A stretch of 64,000 nt of DNA from an uncultured Planctomycetota bacterium (GCA_963737655.1 CAVTTN010000002.1:2912001-2976000), one strand, 5' to 3'. Positions 50,297 through 60,930 are shown, counted from the stretch's first letter. Translations and numbers: made by a program. The notes: generated by a model not told the origin, from the letters alone.

Positions 50297-51010
50297 TCAG
50301 GCACTGGACAGTCGCTTGGCCAATTCGTGGAGGTCCGGGAGGGCCTGGAGATCGGGGTCGGCCCGGCGGTCTCGGTCGATCAGGACGGCTCGGAGGCCAG
50401 CGCGGATCGGGCCGTTCCGATCGTTCTCGAGGTCGTCGCCTGCGCAGAGGACCTTTTCCGGGGGGAGGTTCAGGCGATCGCTCGCGGCCCGGTAGAAGTC
50501 GGGATGCGGCTTCCGTCGGCCGACTTCCGAGGAAATCACGATCGGAACGTCCAGCGAGGCGAACGCGGACAACCCATTCAGGACGTTTCGCAACCGGCCG
50601 TCGAAATTCGAGGCGATGGCGATCCGCAGCCCGGCTTGCTGGAACGCGAGGAGGGCGGGCTCGACGTCGGGGAAGGTGATCCAGGAGGCGGGGTCGCCGA
50701 AATGGTCCCAGAGTTCGGCGAAGGCCCGCCCGGGATCGGGCAGTTCGGGCAGGCAGTCGCGGACGATCCGCTGCCAGCGGCGGCGCTCGGTCGGTTCGTC
50801 GGTGAACAGGGGGCCCCGGGCCTCGTCGATCTCGTCGGTGCCGAAGCTGGTGCGGAATCGTCTTCGGATCACGGCGGGGTCGAGGTCGATACCCTGTCGG
50901 GAGGCGGCCCCGGCGTAGGCGACGGCCACCGAGGGCCGCGGATCGATTAACGTCCCCACGGCGTCGAGGACGATCCCCCCAATATCGGCGAATCGCGGAT
51001 CGTCGGCCAT
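50297..51010 (-). CDS. HAD-superfamily hydrolase
   Basis: Motifs LDAVGTLI, SNFD.R, KPHP, GDD.END. Confidence 0.9.
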   Translation of the reverse strand: MADDPRFADIGGIVLDAVGTLIDPRPSVAVAYAGAASRQGIDLDPAVIRRRFRTSFGTDEIDEARGPLFTDEPTERRRWQRIVRDCLPELPDPGRAFAELWDHFGDPASWITFPDVEPALLAFQQAGLRIAIASNFDGRLRNVLNGLSAFASLDVPIVISSEVGRRKPHPDFYRAASDRLNLPPEKVLCAGDDLENDRNGPIRAGLRAVLIDRDRRADPDLQALPDLHELAKRLSSA

Positions 51011-51179
51011 GGTCGCCCCGATAGTTTGGATCAGAAGCGTCGGTCGCGGACGGCGTCCCGAGGAAAACGGCGCGAGGCGGGAACCCCTCGGCTCATTGTG
51101 GGCCTAGGGTTCCCTTCGGGAAGGAGTCCCTGGCCCGAGACCGGGCCGATTCTCGACTCCCGATCCGGAGAACCATCCG

Positions 51180-51341
51180 ATGTCCCCCAACCGCCCGCAG
51201 CCACCGTCGCCCCGACCGTCCGGACCGACCGCCGCCGCCCTGAGCCGCGCCCTGGACCGTCGCCACTCCCTGGACGCCCAGCAGAAGCTCCACCAGACCC
51301 AGAAGCCCGCGCCTCCGCCGACGAAACCACCCGGGAATTAG
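51180..51341 (+). CDS. possible 53-aa Pro-rich small protein
   Basis: GGAG RBS upstream; MSPNRPQPPSPRPSGPTAAALSRALDRRHSLDAQQKLHQTQKPAPPPTKPPGN*; followed by a REP. Confidence 0.35.
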   Translation: MSPNRPQPPSPRPSGPTAAALSRALDRRHSLDAQQKLHQTQKPAPPPTKPPGN

Positions 51342-51344
51342 GGG

Positions 51345-51433
51345 CCGGGTGGCATGCTCACGTCTTCGTAAGCATGTCTTCGGTTCGAGACTGACCGAAG
51401 ACATGCTTACGAAGACGTGAGCATGCCACCCGG
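51345..51433. repeat. REP-like element family A
   Basis: CCGGGTGGCATGCTCACGTCTTCGTAAGCATGTCTTCGG...CCGAAGACATGCTTACGAAGACGTGAGCATGCCACCCGG. Confidence 0.88.
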
Positions 51434-51446
51434 GCAGGCATGACGT

Positions 51447-52493
51447 CTAGGGCGAACCCGAGCGACCCGGCCGGACCAGGCCGGCGCCGACGTCCTCGTC
51501 GAGCCCGGCGACCTGGCCGGCCTGGAGCTTGACGAACGCCACCCCGGCCATCGCGGCGTTGTCGGTGCAGAGGCTCAGGGGCGGGATGAACAGCTCGACT
51601 CGTTCCTCGGCCGCCATCGCCGAAATCGCCTGGCGGAATCGCCCGTTGGCCGCGACTCCTCCGCCGATCCCGAGCCGAGCGAGGCCCGTCGAGCGGATCG
51701 CCTGCCGGGCCTTGCCCACCAGGACATCCACGACCGCCTCCTGGAAGCTCGCCGCCAGGTCCGCGACGAGACAGGGCGACGGCGGATCGATGTTCCCTCG
51801 GCCGTCCTGGCCTCGCAGCGCGTACAACACGGCGGTTTTCAGTCCCGAGAAGCTGAAGGCAAGGCGGTCGTCACGGAGGAAAGCCCGGGGGAACGCGAAC
51901 GCCTTCGGGTTGCCGTTCTTGGCGGTGGCCTCGATGAACGGGCCTCCGGGATAGCCCAGGCCCAGGAGGCTGGCCACCTTGTCGAACGCCTCCCCGGCCG
52001 CGTCGTCGATCGTCCCGCCCAGAAGCTCGGCCCGGATCGGCCCGAGACATCGAAACAGGCTGGTATGGCCCCCCGAGACCACCAGGCCGACGCACGGATA
52101 GACCTCCCGCTCGGGATAGGCGAGCTGGCAGGCATAAAGATGCCCTTCCAGGTGATCGACGGCCACGAGCGGGACGTCCAGGGCCAGGGCGAGGGTCTTG
52201 GCGGCGGTCAGGCCGACGACCAGGGCGCCGACCAGCCCCGGACGGGTCGCCACGGCGACCGCCCCGAGGTCCCCCAGGCCGATCCCGGCCTGCTTCAGGG
52301 CCTCGTCGATGGTCGGCAGGAGGTTCTGGACGTGGGCCCGGGCGGCGATCTCGGGGACGACCCCGCCGAACCGCCGATGGAGGGCGATCTGCGAGGCCAC
52401 CACGCTGCTGAGGACCCTCGGCACGCCGTCTCCGCCGTCGAGGACGGCCGCCCCGGTCTCGTCGCACGTCGTTTCCAGGGCAAGCAGGAGCAT
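51447..52493 (-). CDS. tsaD: tRNA N6-adenosine threonylcarbamoyltransferase
   Basis: Motifs ETTCDET, GGVVPEIAAR.H, HLEGH, VSGGHT, DDAAGEAFDK, SFSGLKT, GGVAAN, CTDNAAM. Confidence 0.96.
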   Translation of the reverse strand: MLLLALETTCDETGAAVLDGGDGVPRVLSSVVASQIALHRRFGGVVPEIAARAHVQNLLPTIDEALKQAGIGLGDLGAVAVATRPGLVGALVVGLTAAKTLALALDVPLVAVDHLEGHLYACQLAYPEREVYPCVGLVVSGGHTSLFRCLGPIRAELLGGTIDDAAGEAFDKVASLLGLGYPGGPFIEATAKNGNPKAFAFPRAFLRDDRLAFSFSGLKTAVLYALRGQDGRGNIDPPSPCLVADLAASFQEAVVDVLVGKARQAIRSTGLARLGIGGGVAANGRFRQAISAMAAEERVELFIPPLSLCTDNAAMAGVAFVKLQAGQVAGLDEDVGAGLVRPGRSGSP

Positions 52494-52591
52494 CGGGACC
52501 GCCCGGGACGATGGACGAGGGACGATCGCCCCGAGCCTCGCGAACCGAATCGCGGGGCGCGGGGCGATCGCGGGGCCTCGACGCCTCGATG

Positions 52592-53934
52592 TTACTTACC
52601 GTCGGGCTTGATCTTCGACCGGACGAGGTCCATCGCCTTGTCCAGTTGCTTGTCGAGCAGGGGCTTCTCGGGCTTGCCGTCCTTGACCTTCGGCGGGTTC
52701 CGGCTGGAGATCATGTCGCGGTTGCGCCGGGCCTCGTACAGGTCGTCCTGCTCGTCGACGGTCAACTTGACCTCGAAGCCGGGGTCGGGCTTCACGCCCC
52801 AGTCGTCGGAATCCTTGGAACTGCGGAACTTGTGGATATTCTTGCCCGAGGGCGCCAGTAGGTGGCCACCGTGAGCTTCATCACGCTGTCGCCGTCGCCG
52901 AGGTGGACGATGTGCTGGACCGACCCCTTCCCGTAGCTCCTCCGGCCGACGATCGTGGCCCTCTTGTGGTCCTGCAACGCGGAGGCGAGGATCTCCGAGG
53001 CGCTGGCCGAGTTCTGATTGACCAAAACGGCCATCGGCAACACGTCGTCCCCCTTGCCGTCCTCGGCGTCGTAGATCCCGCCCTTCTCGGCGTCGTACAT
53101 CTTCTCGCCCGAGTTCCGGCCCTTGGTGCTGACGATCTTGCCCGATTCCAGGAACATGTCGGAGATCTCGACCGCGGCGCTCAGCAGCCCTCCGGGATTG
53201 TTGCGGAGGTCCAGGACCAGCCCCTTCATCCCCTGGGCCTTGAGTTCGTCCAGCGCCTTGCGGAGGTCCTCGGGCGTGTCCTGATAGAACCCGTTGATGC
53301 GGACGTAGCCGATCTTCTTGTCCTTGTCGAACAGGTAATCCCAGGAGTCGTCGGGCTTGCGGGAGTCGGCCAGGATGCTGGGGATCTCGATCAACTGCCT
53401 CTGGATGGCGAGGGTCTCGGTCTTCTCGCCCCCGGGATGGAGGACGGTCAGCTTCACGTTGGTCCCCGGGCGGCCCTGGAGCGCCTCGACGGCCTTATCG
53501 CGGTTCCAGCCCTCGGTGGACTGGCCATCGACTTCCAGGACGACGTCTCCGGCCATCGCGCCGGCCGCGTAGGCGGGCCCGCCGACGAGGGGGGCGAGGA
53601 TCTTCAGGCGGTTGCTCTCCGGGTCGATCACCACCGAGACGCCGATCCCGCTGAAGCTCTCGCCGATGTCCTTCTGGAACTGCTTCCACTCGTTCTCGTT
53701 GAAGTAGATCGAGTGCTCGTCGAGGTTCTGGAGCATCCCCCGGAGGGCGTTCTCCAGGAGTTCCTTGCGGGAGACGGGCCGGACGTAGCTGGCTTCGACC
53801 TGCTCGACGGCATCGACGAACGTGCCGTAGAGCTCCATCATCTCGTCGCGGGGCTTGGCCCCCTGGGTGTTCTTCCAGCAGATCAGGGAGATCACCGCGA
53901 CGGACAGGACCGCGATCAGGTTGCGGCGAGGCAT
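52592..53934 (-). CDS. S41 family carboxyl-terminal processing protease; frameshift near 52852
   Basis: PDZ GIGV; motifs DLRNNPGGLL, SASASEI, GKGSVQ; continues PSGKNIH...WGVKPD in a shifted frame. Confidence 0.9.
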
Positions 53935-54037
53935 GGACGCCCTCCCAGGGCCGAGGCTCTCGATCCATGATGGCGAAGGGGCGGGACGCGCCAGGGCCGG
54001 TCCGACCGGGCCAATCCCGCCCTTCTCTCCAATCACT

Positions 54038-54661
54038 CTAGCCCACCCGGGCCTCGACGGACAAGGCGCCCGCGGCGTCAATCAAGGCCGAGGCCCCCCC
54101 GTCGGGGCGGGGAACGATCGCCTCGGCGCCGGCTTCCGGGACGGGCCCGGTCACCGGCCCCGATTTCCGCGCGATCCAACCCACGACCGCGGAGACGAGC
54201 ATCAGGGGCCCCGACAGGACGACGGCCATGAATATGGGATCAATGACGAAACGAACCAGGGGTTTCTCTGCATCGGCCGGGACTCGGACGAGGCCCGACC
54301 ATTTCAGGAGCCACAGGGAGGGACGGCTTACCACGCGGAAATAGGCGAGCAGGGAACTCGGGGAAATGGTCCAGAGAGCCAAGACCAGGACCAACCCGGA
54401 GATCGCACTCAGGGCGAAGGCGACCGCTCCCCGGGCCCTCGTCACGCCGACCGGGCCCCGTCGTGCGGCCCAGCAGAGGGCGAGGATCGCGGAGTTCCCA
54501 ATCGGCAGAAGGCCCGCGGTGATATTCCCCTCGAAATACGCCTCCATGGACTCCGATGAGGCAGCAATCCGGGAGTAGGCCCACCGGAACGCGAACAGGT
54601 TGACGGCAACAAACGCCACGAATCCGAGCAGAGACGCAATCGAGACCCGAACTCGTGGCAC
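54038..54661 (-). CDS. hypothetical membrane protein
   Basis: PRVRVSIASLLGFVAFVAVNL N-terminus plus several TM segments. Confidence 0.6.
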   Translation of the reverse strand: MPRVRVSIASLLGFVAFVAVNLFAFRWAYSRIAASSESMEAYFEGNITAGLLPIGNSAILALCWAARRGPVGVTRARGAVAFALSAISGLVLVLALWTISPSSLLAYFRVVSRPSLWLLKWSGLVRVPADAEKPLVRFVIDPIFMAVVLSGPLMLVSAVVGWIARKSGPVTGPVPEAGAEAIVPRPDGGASALIDAAGALSVEARVG

Positions 54662-54730
54662 GGCATCCCTCCCGGGACGGGATTCTCGGTCCCAAATGGC
54701 GGGTCTCAAGAGCCGAGAAACCGTCTGCTG

Positions 54731-54869
54731 AGGTACATGTTTCGGGGGTCAGAAGGCGGTTTTTGTAGGGTCCGCTCTCGCGGACCTCTTCGATTTCCCT
54801 TCGTCGCGAAGAGGTCCGCAAGTGCGGACCCTCCAAAAACCCCGATTCGAGGCGCAAAACACGTCCCTT
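54731..54869. repeat. GTAG-type REP pair (family F) inside an outer MITE-like inverted repeat
   Basis: GTAGGGTCCGCTCTCGCGGACC (54765) and GGTCCGCAAGTGCGGACCCTCC (54813-54834); outer AGGTACATGTTTCG and CAAAACACGTCCCT. Confidence 0.7.
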
Positions 54870-54885
54870 ACGAGGGGGAAAGCCC

Positions 54886-56193
54886 TCAAGCCTCCGGTCG
54901 CGAGAACACCCGACGGGGGTTCTCCAGGAGGATGAACCGGGCCACGTCCAGCGCCTTGTCCTCGGACCAACCGTCCTCGGCCATCCTCCTCGCCAGGGCC
55001 GAGGCGAGCACCTTGCGGTACATCGCGTACTTGGGCCGGACGAATTCGAGCTTGTAGGCGTCCGAGTAATAGCCGATCGGCTTGGTCTTGGGCAGCGCCT
55101 GGAGCCTGGCTCGGACGTCCCCCGCGATGTACTCCGGGACGTTCGAATACCACCAGTGCCCCATCGGCACCACATTCGGGAAGATCCAGGAATAGGCCAC
55201 GAGCTCGGCCGAGGCATCCGGCGAGAGCGTCGAGACCGGGAACGTCACGCCCGAAAAGTGGGTAAACAGCGCGGCATAATCCTTCAGGCTGACCCGGCGG
55301 TCGAACAGATCCCGCCCCCCGGCCACCCCGGGCGGATAGAGATTGCGGATCGGGCCGATCATGAGATCGAACGGGAGGTGATGGTCGTCGCAAAGCTCGG
55401 CGATCGTCCAGAAGACGAATCGGCGGACCTCCTCGACCTCGTCGGGTCGGGCGTCCATCCCATGAATCGCCCGGCGGACGGGCGTGACGGCCCGCTTCGG
55501 CGCCCCGGCCAGGGGGACGAAGTCGGGGGGCAGGCTGACCGCGCAGGCCCGGGCCCCGTTCTTCACGAAGAACTCGACGATCGCCCCCAGGGCCAGGCGG
55601 AGGCTCGCCAGGTCCTGGACGTCCACGTTCGTGGCCTCCCGAAGCCTCTGGACGGTCCTCGGATCGTGGAGCTTCAGGACGAGGTCATCGGTCCGCAAGC
55701 AGGGGACGTATTTCGAGCGGTCCCAGCCTTCCAACGGGTCATCGAACTCATTGGTCAGGAAGACCGCTTCGAGGTTCGTCTCCTCCCAGACCTTGCGGTC
55801 CCACGCCGAGGGGTCGGCCGAGCGGTCGGCCCGGCGGAGGAGGTCGTCGATGGTCCGAGGGGTGATCGCGTCGTGGGGGAAGCCGTGGAAGGTCTGGGCG
55901 ATTTCGAGAAGCCAGGCATACTGGGCCGTGTTGTCGATCCGGTCGAGATACTCGGCCAGGTGGCGGACCTTCACCTCGGGCGCCACGTCGGGGCCGACCA
56001 GGGCGGCGGGCATCCCCGCCGAGTGGGCGAGCTCGGTATAGTAGTGGTAGCCGAGGACCTCATCGAGGCCGCGAGACGCCGGGCGCAACGGGTCGATGTG
56101 GGAGTGGGGGTCGAAGATCGGCCACCTCGCCATCTCGGCGACGAGGGCGGCGGCCCGAGGGTCCGAGGCGGGATGAGTCGAGGTCATGGCCAT
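54886..56193 (-). CDS. glucuronate isomerase-like amidohydrolase (UxaC-like)
   Basis: Motifs DPHSH, YHYYTEL, HWWY, YYSDAYKLEF. Confidence 0.78.
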   Translation of the reverse strand: MAMTSTHPASDPRAAALVAEMARWPIFDPHSHIDPLRPASRGLDEVLGYHYYTELAHSAGMPAALVGPDVAPEVKVRHLAEYLDRIDNTAQYAWLLEIAQTFHGFPHDAITPRTIDDLLRRADRSADPSAWDRKVWEETNLEAVFLTNEFDDPLEGWDRSKYVPCLRTDDLVLKLHDPRTVQRLREATNVDVQDLASLRLALGAIVEFFVKNGARACAVSLPPDFVPLAGAPKRAVTPVRRAIHGMDARPDEVEEVRRFVFWTIAELCDDHHLPFDLMIGPIRNLYPPGVAGGRDLFDRRVSLKDYAALFTHFSGVTFPVSTLSPDASAELVAYSWIFPNVVPMGHWWYSNVPEYIAGDVRARLQALPKTKPIGYYSDAYKLEFVRPKYAMYRKVLASALARRMAEDGWSEDKALDVARFILLENPRRVFSRPEA

Positions 56194-56310
56194 GACGCGG
56201 TCCGAATCGGTCCGGCGAGGGGATCACTCGCGAGCCACCCTAGCGGCCCTCCCGCCAACTCGCAAGGGCCGCGGAGCCCCGCCCGGCCGCGACCCGGAGG
56301 GCCCCGGCCG

Positions 56311-57042
56311 ATGAACATCGTCGTGACCGGAGGAGGGACGATCGCCCCGATCGACGACGTGCGACGGATCACCAACGCCTCGACCGGCCGGTTCTCCGCC
56401 GAGATCACCGAGGCCTGCCTCGACCGGGGGGCCACGGTCTGGCACGTCCACGCCCCCACCGCCCTCCTCCCCTTCGATCGGTCGGCCCGGGTCGACCTGA
56501 ACGCCGATCCGGCGAACGAGGCCGAACGAATTCACGCCCTCCGCGACCGTTTCGCCGCCTCCCGGGGCCGCCTCCACCTCGTCCCCCTGGCCGAAGGGAC
56601 CGTCGCCGACTACGCCCGGACCCTGCTCGCCGTCTTCCGGGAGGCCCCGATCGACGTCGCCTTCCTCGCGATGGCCGTCTCCGACTTCGAGCCGGAGCCG
56701 ATCGCCGGCAAGATCCGATCCGACTCCGAGGACCGGGTCCTCCGGCTCCGACCGACCCCCAAGATCATCCGATCGGTCCGCGACTGGGCCCCGTCGCTGT
56801 TCCTCGTCGGCTTCAAGCTGCTCTCGGGAAGCTCGACGGAGGACCTGATCGAACGGGCCGAGGCGTCGGGCCGCGAAAACCGGGCCGACCTGACCGTCGC
56901 GAATGATTTCCGCACCGTCCGCGACGGCCGGCACACGATCCACCTCGTCCGCCCCGGCCATCCGGTCGAGACCCTGGGCCCCGATCCTCATCCCGCCGAG
57001 GGCCTCGTCGATCGGGCCCTGGCCTGGGCGGCGGCCCGATGA
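56311..57042 (+). CDS. coaB: stand-alone phosphopantothenate--cysteine ligase (CoaB/DFP C-terminal domain)
   Basis: Motifs VTGGGT..PIDDVR.ITN.STG, AMAVSDF, KI.S, TPKII, LVGFKL, VAND. Confidence 0.8.
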   Translation: MNIVVTGGGTIAPIDDVRRITNASTGRFSAEITEACLDRGATVWHVHAPTALLPFDRSARVDLNADPANEAERIHALRDRFAASRGRLHLVPLAEGTVADYARTLLAVFREAPIDVAFLAMAVSDFEPEPIAGKIRSDSEDRVLRLRPTPKIIRSVRDWAPSLFLVGFKLLSGSSTEDLIERAEASGRENRADLTVANDFRTVRDGRHTIHLVRPGHPVETLGPDPHPAEGLVDRALAWAAAR

Positions 57043-58220
57043 TCGAACCCCCCGACGATCGTCCCCGGGTGTATTATCCCGAGCTCGACGGCCTCCGATT
57101 CGTCGCATTCCTCCTGGTTTTCGTGTTCCACGGGGGAATCCCCCAGCTTGCCCCGGCGATCGACTCGGCCGCGGGGCTGATCCGAGGGCGCGGCCTGCCC
57201 TCGCCCGGCCCCACGATCGGCCGGACCGTCGTCGCCAACGGCTGGATCGGTGTCCAGTTTTTTTTCGTCCTGTCCGGCTTCCTCATCACCACCCTGTTGC
57301 TCCGCGAGGAGGACCGATATGGCCGGATCTCGCTCAAAGCCTTCTGGGCCCGGCGAATCCTGAGGATCTGGCCCCTCTATTACCTGACCGTGGGCCTGAC
57401 CTTCTTCGTCCTCCCGGCGATCGAGGGGACGTTCGGGAGTCTCGACCGTCGACAGGTCCTCCCGTTCCTCCTGTTCGCCGGCAACTGGTCGATGGGTCTC
57501 CTCGGACCGCCGCCCCGGGACGAGATTACGGTGCTTTGGAGCGTTTGCGTCGAGGAACAGTTCTATTTGTTCTGTCCCCTGCTCGTGACCTGGGTCGCCC
57601 CCCGGTTTCGGATGGGTGTTGTCGGGGTTTTGATGGGACTGGGCATTCTGGGTCGTTGGTTCGAGGCCCGCGCGCTGGTCGCCGGGAAAATCACCCCCCT
57701 GCTCTTCCAGTTCAGCACGATTACCCATCTTGACACGCTCCTGGCGGGCGTGATGCTCGCGCTGGTGTGGCCTCGAAGGCCGAGGAACGGGCGGCGATCG
57801 GCGATCGTCCTCCAAGTCCTGGCAATCTCGGCATTCCTGGCAATTCTGGCTACGCCGGGGCTGGCGAGGGGCTCGTTGTTCCATCTCTCGGCCGACTATT
57901 GCGGGATCGCCCTGGCCTCGGCGGCGATCGTGGCCTCGGCGGCGACCGGCCGGGGCCCGATGGCGGGCGTCCTCCGCTACTCTCGCCTTGTGTGGCTCGG
58001 CACGATCAGTTATGGCCTGTACATGCTCCACGAGGTCGCGCTCAGGCTCCAGAAACGAAGCTTCGAGGCGATCGGCTGGTTCCCGAACCAGGAGCACCTG
58101 GGGCCGATCGCCGCGTTCGTCCTCACCGTCCTCCTGGCATCAGCTTCCTATTATGTCGTGGAACGGCCGTTTCTTCGACTCAAGAAGGCATTCACACGCG
58201 TCCCGTCGCGGCCCGTGTGA
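57039..58220 (+). CDS. acyltransferase family 3 (OafA-like)
   Basis: Motifs ELDGLRF, FFVLSGFLIT, RRILRIWPLY, WSVCVEEQFY, ISYGLYMLH, ERPFL. Confidence 0.92.
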   Translation: MIEPPDDRPRVYYPELDGLRFVAFLLVFVFHGGIPQLAPAIDSAAGLIRGRGLPSPGPTIGRTVVANGWIGVQFFFVLSGFLITTLLLREEDRYGRISLKAFWARRILRIWPLYYLTVGLTFFVLPAIEGTFGSLDRRQVLPFLLFAGNWSMGLLGPPPRDEITVLWSVCVEEQFYLFCPLLVTWVAPRFRMGVVGVLMGLGILGRWFEARALVAGKITPLLFQFSTITHLDTLLAGVMLALVWPRRPRNGRRSAIVLQVLAISAFLAILATPGLARGSLFHLSADYCGIALASAAIVASAATGRGPMAGVLRYSRLVWLGTISYGLYMLHEVALRLQKRSFEAIGWFPNQEHLGPIAAFVLTVLLASASYYVVERPFLRLKKAFTRVPSRPV

Positions 58221-58247
58221 GGTCGGGGATGTCCAGGAGGCCCGCCG

Positions 58248-59727
58248 ATGCCGCTCCGATCCGTTCGGTTTCGAGTCGCGGCGATTCTCGGAGCCACGCT
58301 GGTGGCCGGCCCGGTCCGCGCCGACCTGGTCTTCTTCGTCGAGGGCACGAAGGGGCAGATGCCGGCCTCGCTGACGGCCGACCGCATCCGGATCGAGACG
58401 CCCGAAGGCCCGCGAGACTACCCCCGATCCGACCTCCTCAAGCACGTCCCCGGGTTCTGCCCCGAGCGGGAATGGCTCGAAAAGAAGTCCGAGGCGCTCA
58501 AGGGTAAGGTTCAGGTCCGTCTGGAGGCCGCGTCCTGGGCGATTGGCCACGGCCTGGTCGCCGAGGCCGAATCGATGTACCGGGCGGCCCGCGAGGCCGA
58601 CCCAACCAATCCCACGGCGAATCGGCTCGGATCTCTCGTCGATCGCCTCGAAGCCGACAGCCCCGACCCGGACCTCGCCCCGATCCGCCGAGGGTTCCCG
58701 GCCGACGTCCGGATCGCCCGAGGCCCCCACGTCCTGCTCTTCCACCAGCATTCGGACCGTGAGGCGCAGGGGCGGGTGGATTTGCTCGAAAAAGTCTACA
58801 AAAGCTTCTTTTACGCGTTTGCTGAGCTGGGGATCGACCTGGAACCGCCCCGCGACCGCCTGCCCTCGATCTGGTTCGCGCGGAAAGACGACTACCTGGC
58901 GGCCCTGAACGAGCAGGGGGCGACGGCGTTCCTCACGACTCGGGGCTTTCACAGCCCAACCCGCGGCCTGGTCCTGGCTTACGACTGCCGGAGCGACCCG
59001 AAACGGATCGAGGCCCAGGACGTCCTCCGCCGGAATCGGGCCGAGCTGGACCGGCTCGCCGCCCAGATCCAGGCGATGCCCAGGGGAGGCCGAATCCGGC
59101 TCGGGCTCAACGGCCAGCCTCCCCGGCCGCTTGGCCGAGACGAGGCCAGGCGAGACCTCGACGCGATGCTCCGCCGGCTCGACCGCCAATCGCTCTTCAT
59201 GGCGATTGAGGCCCGAGAGATCGACGGGGCGGTGGCGGCCCACGAGACCGTCCACCAGCTCGTGGCCCGCTCCGGCCTCTCGCCCCGGGCCGACGCCTTC
59301 CCCACCTGGCTGAACGAGGGCCTGGCGATGCAATTCGAGTCGTTCCGAGGAGGGACGTGGGCCGGTCCCGAGGCCCCCTGCGGCTTTCGGCTCCGCGACT
59401 TCCGGGTCATCCAACCGGAGCCCCGGCTCGCCCCGATCCTCAGCGACGACGGCCTGAACCGAGGCTACCGCCAGGACGCCTACGCGAGGGCCTGGTCGCT
59501 CGTCTACGTCCTCCGATCGCAGGCGCCGCAAACCTTCGTCGCCCTGCTCGACCACCTCCGGAACCCGGGGTCCACCCGCGGCCAAACGCCCCAGGAACGG
59601 GCCAGAAACGCCCTCCTCGACGATTTCGACGGAGGGGCTCGACGCCCTGGAGGCCCGATGGAAGCAAGCCCTCCAGGCGCTAGACGACCCCCTCGCCACC
59701 CGGCTTCCCCCGCCGCATCGGGATTGA
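58248..59727 (+). CDS. DUF1570-type HExxH metallopeptidase-like protein; probable frameshift near 59635
   Basis: Motifs AHETVHQL, PTWLNEGLA..FE, YARAWSLVY. A more natural tail, LDALEARWKQ...HRD*, lies in a shifted frame (the unshifted ORF ends at 59750). Confidence 0.78.
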
Positions 59728-59751
59728 CAGCGGGCCTGGCTTCGGTATGAT
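59724..59751 (+). promoter_or_regulatory. sigma70 promoter of tRNA-Pro
   Basis: TTGACA-N16-TATGAT, ending 19 bp upstream of the tRNA. Confidence 0.7.
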
Positions 59752-59770
59752 GCGAAAGACGAAGGCTGAT

Positions 59771-59850
<80 letters not shown>

Positions 59851-59967
59851 CGCAAGTCACCCGCCAAACACGAGTTAGGTATACCTGCCGACGGTCGGCA
59901 GAGCGGCCTGGAGGTCCGTGAGGAGTAGTACCGGTACTACTTCGGGCCCGGGATAGGTGCTCTGCCC

Positions 59968-60651
59968 ATGCCCCCCGCCACCATCCGCATCCCCAAGTAC
60001 CGCCATGACAAGCCCAAGGACCTGGCCGTCGTCCGCATCGCCGGCCGCGACCACTCCCTGGGCAAGTACGGCTCCGACGCCAGCCGCGAGAATTACCGGC
60101 GGCTGGTCGCCCCGTCCCTGGCGACCCCCGACGCCCCGGCGGCCGACCCCTCCGGCCGGACCGTCGACTAGCTGCTCGTGGCCTGCTGGGACCGCCACGT
60201 CGTCCCGTACTACGTCAACGACGGCCGCCCCACCCCCGAGCGCGACAACATCCGCCAGGCCCTCCGCCTCCTGCGGCGGCTCCACGGCCCGGCCCCGGCC
60301 CGCGAGTTTGGCCCCCAGGCCCTGAAGCTCGTGCGGGCCGAGATGGTCTGCGCCGGCCGCTGCTGGACCCTCGTCAACAAGGACGTCAACCGGGTCCGCG
60401 CCCTGTTCCGCTGGGCGGCCGAGGAGGAACTCTACCCCGGCGGGGCGTACCAGGCCCTCCGGGCGGTCCAGGCATTGGCCCGGGGCCGGTCCGACGCCAG
60501 GGAGCGGCCGCCGGTCGGCCCGGTGGACCCGGCGGTCGTCGAGGCCACGCTGCCGGGGCTGACGGCGCCGGTGGTGGCGATGGTCCGGCTCCAGCTCCTG
60601 ACCAGGGCCCGGCCCGGCGAGGTCGCGGCGATCCGGCCCCGGGAGGTCGAC
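59968..60651 (+). pseudogene. tyrosine recombinase/integrase remnant
   Basis: PKYRH.K...AVVRI.GRDH.LGKYGS N-terminus; in-frame TAG at 60169; truncated just after LQLLTRARPGEV, so H-x-x-R and the catalytic Tyr are missing. Confidence 0.82.
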
Positions 60652-60930
60652 CTCCAGCAGCCACGGCGTCGCCAGCGCCGGCGCCGCCCACATCCGCGCC
60701 GCCCGGCCCGGGTCCTCCATCCGCGACCGCTGCCACTGCCAGCCGCCGCCCTTGAGCACCTTGAACGACTGATCGACCCACGCCCGCCAGCCGTACCACG
60801 CCGCGTCGGCGGCCCCGGGCGCCAGGTCGGTCAGGACCAGCCACGGCCCCTCGTGCCCCGGCTCCCACCGCGTCATCAGCGTGCAGTCCAGCCGCGCCGC
60901 GGCCCGGCGGTAGGCCTGGAGGCGGCCGCG
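60646..60930 (-). mobile_element. IS4-like DDE transposase C-terminal fragment
   Basis: PWLVLTDL....WYGWRAWVDQSFKVLKGGGWQWQRSRM.DP.RA.R resembles the YREK region of IS4 transposases, with the Glu degenerate. Confidence 0.7.

Noticed and set aside
60169..60171. amber readthrough (pyrrolysine) in the integrase
   Set aside because: The gene is also truncated and degenerate, so a simple GAG-to-TAG decay is more parsimonious.
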